DNA of 64,000 bases from contig OZ037844.1 of NCBI GenBank assembly GCA_964035575.1, forward strand, positions 372,001-436,000. The letters are read 5' to 3'. Below, piece after piece: positions 49,288 to 58,050 of the stretch. Each line of letters begins with the position of its first letter. Positions within the stretch are counted from its first letter, which is position 1. The notes under the pieces are model-generated. The model had not been told where the DNA came from and searched no databases. It worked only from the letters and a program-made list of their open reading frames with translations. Source of the stretch: Rhynchopus sp. YZ270_cl-10. Lineage: Eukaryota. The translations under genes were made by a program, and so were the position numbers.

Positions 49288-51353
49288 TTACTGGGTGGTG
49301 TCACACCCCAAGCATGTACCTCGTAAGTAGACGTACTTGGTGACTCCTTTTGGCGGAAGAACGTCTTCAAGTGCAGACGGCAGTGTTGTCCCTTCAGGAG
49401 GCTCGTACAGACACACAACCCCGTCACGCACAGCTTCCTCGCACAGCGCCCAACTCCGACGCACAACATCCCCCATCACAGTCACAAAGCGCTGGCTCCG
49501 TGCACCGACATCCCCGTGCTGCACAAGGCCGGTTGCAAGCCCAGCCCCGTTCAGCGCAAACTTCGCAGACATGCGCTGCACAAACCGTATCGCATTCTCC
49601 ATGTGTGCAGGTGCAGAACGCGACACGTTCCACCCAACACAAACACAGTTCCCAAGCAGCGTCACCAGACTCCCTCCACTCTGCTCCAGTGCCGTCGTCA
49701 GTGTAGTGAGTCGTGAGCTCATGTGGTGAAAGGCGATGTTTTGTCCCACGTCACCAACTGCAAGCTGTGCAACTCCCAGTGTGCCGGAGGTCTGACGTGT
49801 GGAGACTGCAAGGATGGTTGTGGATGCAACAGACGACGCGTATGTGGAATGACTCATTGTACGATTGGCAGTTGGTGAAAAAGACGCACAAAGTGGTGTT
49901 TCCCTTCGTCCCCCAAGTGAGACAGGCCACACACAGCACACCAGCGTGCTCCCAGACACACCCTTCAAGTGAACTGCCTCTGGCACACCAGCAACAGCAC
50001 TGCACGACTCAGAGACAGATGTCCACAGGTCAGAGGGCAAAGCCACAGCACCAGGCGTGCATGTGCTCTCAAGGCGTGATGCATCGTTCACTGTGTGTCC
50101 GAAGTAGTCTGTCCGTCCCGTCAGTGTGTTCTGCTCCACAGTCACAGGGCCAGTGTTCACACCAATGCGCACAGTCAGACCGCCCCACAACAACCCCTGA
50201 CGAGAACAGATGGGTGCATCCTCGAGCAGAGATGCAGGCCAGTCTGCTTCAAACAGACGCTCCTGCACACGTAACCCAAACGCCACACCGTCGCAAGTGG
50301 ATGCAAAGGCAATCATGAATGCGTCGCCAATGGTCTTCACCTCGTACCCACCACATCCGCATCACCTCACGCATCACAGCATTGTGGATCTGCAGTCCAG
50401 CACGCATCCCCTCAGGTGCAATCTCCCAGATCGACGTTGACGCACGGATGTCTGTGAACACAATCGTTGCTGTCTCGCTGTCAAGCCCAGGCGGTGCCAC
50501 AGTCGGCTGCTGCACACCGTCCTCATCCACCTCAAACAGCGCAGCAGGGAGGTACGGACGGTACTTCCGCAGGTTCTCCTCCAAGTTCCGCAGTGCCGCT
50601 GTCATCCCCTCAGGCAGGTCACCCTCATGCGCCTTCAGCAGCTCCGCCACCTGCTCCACGTCGTAGCCAGCAAGGAGTGCTGCAATTTCCTGCACAGCGT
50701 TGATCGTCCGCTCCATTGATGCCTGCTCCTTCAGGAGGCCACGCGCAAAGCCTCGGGTTGCGATGAAGTCGATGACAAACACACTCACGGCAACGAAGTG
50801 GAAGCTCAATCCTCTCTCGGGGCACGGGAGGTCTGCGCACTGCAGTGCTTCATCCCTGTAGGCTGCCCTCTCCTCCTGCGGCAGGATGCCAGGGATGTCG
50901 AGGATGCCGAACCTGAACACTCCTTCCACACCCATGACAACGAAGTACACCACTGCGGCACAGACATGCTATGCTGTAGCGTGCGGGCACCTCCATCACA
51001 AGGAGGAAGTCCACCACAAGCACGAGCAACGGCCATGCAGTGTTCCCTGTAGCACGGGCAGTGACGTCAGCACCAAAAGCTGTAAGAGTGTAGATGAAGG
51101 CGATGAACACTATTGCTGGTGTGGTCAGCTTGACTTTGCAGAGCACTGACATAGTAGCGTAGATCGCAGTGCAGATTGTAGCCATAGATGTGGTGCAATA
51201 GAAGTACCGTCCTCGTGGGTCAACCCACACCTCCCAAATGCCAGTCATCATCAACAAGACGGCAACATTAATGACGAGGAACATAGTCTGTTTCTGTGTG
51301 GCCTTCTTATCGAGTGTCCCATCCAGCGACAGCACAGCAGCCAGACAGCGCAT
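49288..51353 (-). pseudogene. Multi-TM class III adenylate cyclase paralog with two frameshifts and a 3' deletion
   Basis: Three consecutive ORFs are colinear with 54845-56917. Each frameshift (50966, 50353) lacks 2 nt. About 192 bp (paralog 54722-54913) is absent. Confidence 0.85.
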
Positions 51354-51517
51354 TGTGTTTCGTGTGTTCTTGTGGACAGAGCCGTATCTTATACAGACAC
51401 CTTACTCCAAGCCCTCTGTGTAAAATGTGATTGTCCTGAACCGCGCCGGTGCATGACCGGTGCACCGGGGTGGACCACACCATGCAGTCCTACACTTCGT
51501 GGTTTGCGTCTGTGTAA

Positions 51518-51776
51518 CTAATACAGACTGAAATGATCGGCTCCTTCGGATCGAATGATTGGAATAGTGTGTGTGTTCGGAAATAAATACCGTCTCTTTT
51601 GTGTAGTGTTTTATGTTCATTGTTTCCCTTTCATTGTCCTTTGCTTGTGCTCCCCGACTCCAATTCAATCAATACTCACATAGGGGGGCCAAAAAATACA
51701 ATTAGTGTTTCTCGTTCCTCATCGACGCGAAAAGGCGCGCACAGCACCGTACAGGGCCGAATCCCTTTTTTTGTGG
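51518..51776 (+). repeat. Diverged copy of the retroelement direct-repeat core, upstream of the cyclase pseudogene
   Basis: TAATACAGAC...TCGAATGATTGGAAT...CCTTTGCTTGTGCTCCCCGACTCCAATTCAA matches 57820-58010; near-identical to 57325-57566. Confidence 0.8.
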
Positions 51777-51844
51777 GGTAAAATCAGGTGGTGTAGGTGA
51801 ATCGCAAAAATCGGCCGGGGCCCGGGCCCCGACTTACGGGGGTA

Positions 51845-52003
51845 CACGACGGGACCCAGTGACAAGTGACAAGTGAAAACGACAAGTGAAAAAAGTGACA
51901 AGTAAATGACAAGTAAATCACTTGTAATGACAAGTGACCTTTTTGAGTGACAAGTGAAATGACATGTGATTTCACTTGTCACTTGTCACTGGGTCCCGTC
52001 GTG
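51845..52003. mobile_element. MITE of the CACGACGG-terminus family with TGACAAG subrepeats
   Basis: 34-bp TIR CACGACGGGACCCAGTGACAAGTGACAAGTGAAA; TA on both flanks. Confidence 0.85.
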
Positions 52004-52083
52004 TACCAGAGGGGGTGAGGGGAGGGGAGTGGACAAGAACGGAGCTTTTTGTTCTGGTCGTTGTTGGTCGACGCTCCCTGGCA

Positions 52084-53448
52084 TCATTCTTCTGCACCGC
52101 ACTTGAGGAGAACCTGTTCCACATCTGTATGTTGTTTCTTCCTCGCATTGTGCAATGCAGTGTTGCCAAAAGAATTTCTGTGGTTCACATCCACCTTGTT
52201 CAAGCCCACAAGATAGCGCACAGTCTCGACGTCACTATAAAGAGCTGCATGCATGAGAATTGTGTTACTAAAGTTGTCCACAACATGCACGTCCGCACCT
52301 GCTTCGACTAACATCTGTACAATTTCGAGTCCCCGACCCTCACAAGCAGAGCGAAGAGGTGTGACACCAAGGACTGCAGTCGTTGCATCGACGTCAGCCC
52401 CTGCATCAATCAGCATCTGCATCACATCTGGGTATTTCTGTAACACTGCGTGGTGCAGTGAATCAAGTCCCGAAATATTTGAGTGATTCACATCCACCTC
52501 AGGCATGCACAGAAGAGTACGCACGGTGTCGGTGTGTCCATAAACAGCCGCATGAATAAGACATGTCTCCCCAAGGATATCCGTGACACACACGTCCGCA
52601 CCTGCCTTGAGCAGCACCTCCACAACACGGAGACTCCCTTGCTTGCTCGCCACGAGGAGTGGCGAACGTCCTTGGTAGTCCTTCACCTCGATATCTGCCC
52701 CTGCATCAATGAGAACCTCCACCACATCGGCATGGTTTTCGAGAGCTGCGAAGAGCACCGCAGTGTGGCCATCGTAAGCCTTGTGATTCAGGTCCACCTC
52801 CGGCAAGCCCAGAAGATAGCGCACAGTCTCGGTGCGTCCAGATCCTGCAGCCAGTATAAGACATGCATATCCAGCGTTGCCACTGGCTCGTACTGCCGCA
52901 CCTGCTTCCACCAACATCTTCACAACTGCTAATTCTCCTTCTCCGGAATAACAAGCCCAGTGCAGAGGTGAATATCCCATGTCGTTTTTTGTCTCGATGT
53001 CTGCCCCTGCATCAATGAGCACCTGACACACTGCAGGGTCCTCCCACATGGCTGGACAGTCACGGTTATTGATGTCCTTGTGTCCGTGTGGGACAAACGC
53101 AACGTTGCTGCAGACTGACTTCCAATGCTGCAAGAGGACCTCCGTGCACGCAGTGTGGTCTGCGTGGATGCACTCACTCAGCAGCATCCCGAAGCCCATC
53201 TGCGTTGTCTCAACATACGGAAGAAGCAGTGCGAGGCATTCATCGTGGTTCCCTCTGCATGCCTCGTGCACAGCATCGAAGGAAACCGTTTCGCTGTCTG
53301 TGTCTGGGCTGAGCTTCTCAAGTCCCGCCCGCACGGCAGTCGTGTCGCCGTTCCTGGCAGCCTCCACCAAGACCGAGTCTGCAGAAAGCTTTCTTCTCTT
53401 TGGTGCCTTCTCGTCAGGTGTGCTGTCTGCGTGTTGCTCCTTCGACAT
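52084..53448 (-). CDS. Ankyrin-repeat protein, copy 9 (3 modules)
   Basis: 454-aa ORF lying between the two cyclase loci. Confidence 0.92.
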   Translation of the reverse strand: MSKEQHADSTPDEKAPKRRKLSADSVLVEAARNGDTTAVRAGLEKLSPDTDSETVSFDAVHEACRGNHDECLALLLPYVETTQMGFGMLLSECIHADHTACTEVLLQHWKSVCSNVAFVPHGHKDINNRDCPAMWEDPAVCQVLIDAGADIETKNDMGYSPLHWACYSGEGELAVVKMLVEAGAAVRASGNAGYACLILAAGSGRTETVRYLLGLPEVDLNHKAYDGHTAVLFAALENHADVVEVLIDAGADIEVKDYQGRSPLLVASKQGSLRVVEVLLKAGADVCVTDILGETCLIHAAVYGHTDTVRTLLCMPEVDVNHSNISGLDSLHHAVLQKYPDVMQMLIDAGADVDATTAVLGVTPLRSACEGRGLEIVQMLVEAGADVHVVDNFSNTILMHAALYSDVETVRYLVGLNKVDVNHRNSFGNTALHNARKKQHTDVEQVLLKCGAEE

Positions 53449-54844
53449 GGTTTGTGAAGATGTTGATATTCAATGTTGTGTCTTTTATGCTGTTTCTTTT
53501 TGTGGAGGTTGTGAGGTGAGTGGTGGGTGTCCCTGAACTGCCTCCCACCCCTGACAAGCACAGCCACAGGAAACGGGTGAAGTCCCCCTCCCGAGTGGTG
53601 GTGGTGAGAATATATCTGCCTTTTAAGACGAGGAGGTGAGGGGGTCTTTGTTCCACCTAAATTGTCTTCAGCTTTTTTTCCTCCTTTTTTACGATTACCT
53701 ACAGTGCAGGCAGGTTTAGTGCATGCACTTGGCCCTCTTCCTCTGACCACAACTTTGTTGACGTTGCAGTGCTATTTCCTTCACGGGAGGGGTGGGGGAA
53801 CGTTTGTTTGCTTTTGTTTTTCCAGCAGCCTGGACATGGAGGGGAGCCCAGGGAACCTAGGACAAAAACGGCGGATGGCCCTGGAGAAAGAATTAGTCGA
53901 AAAATATTTGCTAGTAATTTATTCGCATCTTCTTCGCATGTTTGGTGGGTTGGAGGGGAAGGGAGGGCCAGGACTATCCTCAAAGGATGTAAAATGATAT
54001 TTGGGGATAGGGGTACCTTGGTTTAGTCAATAAAAGAACGAACGACATGATCTGAAACAAAAAGAACAAAACAGGAACTTTCAGATGATATTGAATAAAA
54101 TTCCCAAAAACCTTGTAAAAACCCCGAACGCGGAGGTTTGGAGACCGTTACCCTGAATTTGCTAAAACCTAAATGGGGGGTTTAATACAGCACCCAAAAG
54201 TTGAGTACAGTTTAATGCAGAAGCATGTATGTACAGGAAACATGGTAAAGGCGGTTCGCCAGCAAAGGGTTCCACTGCACGTCTCTTCCTAGCCAGCCAC
54301 CCTACAGGGTAGGCTTCCAAGGGTGCGAAGACAAATTCGTTCGCACTACGAAGAAGGTACAAAATAGTATACAGCTTGGTGGTAAGAGGGTCTGTACTCA
54401 ACGTTGCTCGTACCACAAAAGGGGCAGTGAACAAAAGACGAACTCGTAATACTTATGAACAGTACTCAGACAAAAATTTGGACGATACTTTTCCGCCCCG
54501 AGCATGTGTCCTAAGTTAGTTTTCATTGGGGAGCTCCCTGAATAGGTTCTCCGCACCGCATGTCAGAACATACGAAAAGCAAAATCTAAGATTAAAATGA
54601 ACAGACAATCATGTACAGCGCCAATGTGCCTAGCCAAGAAGCTTGGGAATTACTGGTAGGTGGTGTCACACCCCAAGCATGTGCCTCGTAAGTAGACGTA
54701 CTTGGTGACTCCTTTTGGCGGAAAAGAAACGACCATACGTCCTGTAAAGAACGTCTGGACTTCGCAGATATGAGCAACTACACAAGCGTGTGAAGAAAAC
54801 GTTGCCAAAAACTCAAAAACTCCCTCACAGTCGCAAGAGCACAA

Positions 54845-56917
54845 CTAAAACACTTTGTCGCGTTCCCTATTGTCCTGTGTCTCAAGCACCCGGTAACAAC
54901 CCTTGTGTCGCACAAGAACGTCTTCAAGTGCAGACGGCAGTGTTGTCCCTTCAGGAGGCTCGTACAGACACACAACCCCGTCACGCACAGCTTCCTCGCA
55001 CAGCGCCCAACTCCGACGCACAACATCCCCCATCACAGTCACAAAGCGCTGGCTCCGTGCACCGACATCCCCGTGCTGCACAAGGCCGGTTGCAAGCCCA
55101 GCCCCGTTCAGCGCAAACTTCGCAGACATGCGCTGCACAAACCGTATCGCATTCTCCATGTGTGCAGGTGCAGAACGCGACACGTTCCACCCAACACAAA
55201 CACAGTTCCCAAGCAGCGTCACCAGACTCCCTCCACTCTGCTCCAGTGCCGTCGTCAGTGTAGTGAGTCGTGAGCTCATGTGGTGAAAGGCGATGTTTTG
55301 TCCCACGTCACCAACTGCAAGCTGTGCAACTCCCAGTGTGCCGGAGGTCTGACGTGTGACTACAGATGACGCGTATGTGGAATGACTCGTGGTACGATTG
55401 GCAGTTGGTGAAAAAGATGCATAAAGTGGTGTTTCTCTTCGTCCCCCAAGTGAGACAGGCCACACACAGCACACCAGCGTGCTCCCAGACACACCCTTCA
55501 AGTGAACTGCCTCTGGCACACCAGCAACAGCACTGCACGACTCAGAGACAGATCTCCACAGGTCAAAGGGCACAGCCACAGCACCAGGCGTGCATGTGCT
55601 CTCAAGGCGTGATGCAACGTTCACTGTGTGTCCGAAGTAGTCTGTCCGTCCCGTCAGTGTGTTCTGCTCTACCGTCACAGGGCCGCTGTTCACACCAATG
55701 CGCACAGTCAGTCCACCCCACAGGTCGCCACGTTCAGCACAGATCGGCACCTCCATCAACGACGCAGGCCAGTCCGCAGCACGGAGCATCTCGTGCACAT
55801 TCAGCCCAAAGTCAACACCTTCTTGCGTGGTCTCGAAGGCAACCATGAAGGCGTCACCGATTGTCTTCACCTCGTAGCCACTAAACGTCTGCATCGCAGT
55901 CCGCATCACCGAGTTGTGGATCCACAGCCCATCCCGCATCCCGTCAGGTGCGTCTTCCCAGATCGACGTGGACGAGCGGATGTCTGTGAACACCACCGTC
56001 ACTGCCTCGCTGTGCGCACCAGGTGCTGCCACAACGCTCTGGACAGACATCTGGTCGTCTCTGTCGAACAGCGCAGCAGGGAGGTAGGGGCGGTAACGTC
56101 GCAGGTTCAGCTCCATCGTCTCGAGTGTTGCAAGCATCTCAGGGGGCAGCAGCGCCTTGCGTGCATCCAGCATGCGTGCCACACCGTCCACGTCGTACTT
56201 CGCCAGCAGCGCTGTGATCTCCTGCACTGCACTGATGGTGCGCTGCATGGCCGCCTGCTCCTTCATCACTGTCGTAGCAAACCCTCGTGTGATGATATAG
56301 TCCATCAAAAACACCATCAAGGTCGCGGCTAGGTTGTTTGGCGGGAAGGACACAGGGCAGGGCAGAGTGTCGCACGCCAGCATGTCCTCGAAGTACTCAC
56401 GCCTCACCTCCTGCGTGCCAAAACCTGGAATGTCAAGAAGCCCAAAACGGAAGCTCTCCTCGACTGCGACTGTCACGAGATACACCACTGTGAAGGCCAC
56501 CAACCCGAAGGTGTACTTCGTGGGCAGCTGCAGCACCAGCATGAGGTCTATCACGACCACGAGCATCGGCCATCCTGGGTTTCCTATTGTCCTCCCACCA
56601 AGGTCGTACACGAACACGCCAAATGCCTGGCCATAAAGCACGGTTGCAACAAGCGGAACGGGCATCTCCTTCTTGAAAAGCACCAAGTATACAAAAACAG
56701 AATTTAATATCATGAACACCGCACTCGACACGTAAAAGGACGGCACATCCTTCGCCGTCTCGAAGATGGAAAAAAGAAACAGTACAAGCCCAACTAGCGC
56801 AATGGTCGAAGAAGCAAGAATGATTTTGCGGCCCGACCGTGCTTGTTTCCCCAGCGTCCCGTCCACTGAGATGATGTTCTGAAGCCAATCCATGCTCGCC
56901 ATCTTCATCTTCGCCAT
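54845..56917 (-). CDS. Membrane-bound class III adenylate cyclase with a degenerate second cyclase-like domain
   Basis: About 6 hydrophobic helices; FTDIRSST, VKTIGDAFM, VRIGVN, DYFGHTVNVASRLE (metal Asp pair, ATP-selecting Lys/Asp, Asn/Arg). The C-terminal repeat lacks these residues. Confidence 0.9.
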   Translation of the reverse strand: MAKMKMASMDWLQNIISVDGTLGKQARSGRKIILASSTIALVGLVLFLFSIFETAKDVPSFYVSSAVFMILNSVFVYLVLFKKEMPVPLVATVLYGQAFGVFVYDLGGRTIGNPGWPMLVVVIDLMLVLQLPTKYTFGLVAFTVVYLVTVAVEESFRFGLLDIPGFGTQEVRREYFEDMLACDTLPCPVSFPPNNLAATLMVFLMDYIITRGFATTVMKEQAAMQRTISAVQEITALLAKYDVDGVARMLDARKALLPPEMLATLETMELNLRRYRPYLPAALFDRDDQMSVQSVVAAPGAHSEAVTVVFTDIRSSTSIWEDAPDGMRDGLWIHNSVMRTAMQTFSGYEVKTIGDAFMVAFETTQEGVDFGLNVHEMLRAADWPASLMEVPICAERGDLWGGLTVRIGVNSGPVTVEQNTLTGRTDYFGHTVNVASRLESTCTPGAVAVPFDLWRSVSESCSAVAGVPEAVHLKGVSGSTLVCCVWPVSLGGRRETPLYASFSPTANRTTSHSTYASSVVTRQTSGTLGVAQLAVGDVGQNIAFHHMSSRLTTLTTALEQSGGSLVTLLGNCVCVGWNVSRSAPAHMENAIRFVQRMSAKFALNGAGLATGLVQHGDVGARSQRFVTVMGDVVRRSWALCEEAVRDGVVCLYEPPEGTTLPSALEDVLVRHKGCYRVLETQDNRERDKVF

Positions 56918-57324
56918 GTGGTTGTGTTCCTCCCTAGTTGGGGTGGGGGTGTATCAAAAGGGGTGGGGAAGCGTAGGACTCATCAGACATCTTCTTTGCT
57001 GTCTGCGACACGCATGCTCGGACACCTTCGTCGCCACTCATCAGCAACGAAGGCTGAAGGGTGTTGACATTAGTATCAGGTGCCCACAGGGAGAGACAGA
57101 AACGACACCTTCGTGAGTTCACAATATTATGAAAACCTTTCATTTGTTCGAGCATGCAATACGTTGATGAAGTAAGGGGTACAGAGAGAGAGAGAGGTAC
57201 AAGAGAGATCAAGAACGTTGACTTGAGATACACAGCCTCTCGTGGCATTGTTTTGCTAAAGAAGGCGTGAAGGATGAATGTCCTCACTGACGCAGACTTA
57301 TTTTGCACGTGAACAGTTGACCTC

Positions 57325-57566
57325 TTTCGGATCGAATGATTGGAATAGTGTGTGTGTGTGTGTGTGTGTGTGTTCGGAAATAAATACCGTCTCTTTTGTG
57401 TAGTGTTTTATGTTCATTGTTTCCCTTTCATTGTCCTTTGCTTGTGCTCCCCGACTCCAATTCAATCAATACTCACATAGGGGGGCCAAAAAATACAATT
57501 AGTGTTTCTCGTTCCTCATCGACGCGAAAAGGCGCGCACAGCACCGTACAGGGCCGAATCCCATTT
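57325..57566 (+). repeat. Diverged copy of the direct-repeat core with expanded (GT)n, upstream of the cyclase gene
   Basis: Near-identical to 51545-51776. Confidence 0.8.
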
Positions 57567-57773
57567 TTTTTTTGGGGGGGTCAGTGTTTCCCAGCATCTC
57601 ACCTAACTCTGAAAATAGGTGAGATTTTGCGGTTTTGCGGGTTTTTGAAAAGGTGTGGCGAGCCCGGGCGCGCTTCGCGCGCCCGGGTCCCCACCTTAGC
57701 TCAAGTTGGGGGCCTCCGGCCAGGGGTCCTAAGAGTGGTAACTTTTACCACTTCTGAAGTGACCTTTTTTATT

Positions 57774-58014
57774 TTTTTGTATACAACAGACGAAGCGGTA
57801 CGCGTACGGTTGTAAAGAAATAATACAGACCGAAATGTTTGGGCGTCTTCGGTTCGAATGATTGGAATTGTGTGTGTAGTTCAGACATAAATACTGGCTC
57901 TTCTATCTTGTTCTTTTATTCATTGTTTTCCTTTCATTGCCCTTTGCTTGTGCTCCCCGACTCCAATTCAACCAACACTTACAGAGGGGGGTCAAAAAGT
58001 TATTAGCGTTTTTC

Positions 58015-58047
<33 letters not shown>
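57774..58047 (+). repeat. Left direct repeat (245 bp + about 29 A), abutting the ORF1 ATG
   Basis: 57774-58018 reads identical to 63636-63880. Confidence 0.95.

Positions 58048-58050
<3 letters not shown>

Noticed and set aside
57685..57765. HDV-like or hammerhead ribozyme at the retroelement 5' side
   Set aside because: I could not assemble the nested pseudoknot or find the CUGANGA/GAAA cores by eye.
57774..58018. Spliced-leader RNA gene as the direct repeat
   Set aside because: No match to the euglenozoan SL core (TTTCTGTACTTTATTG) on either strand.
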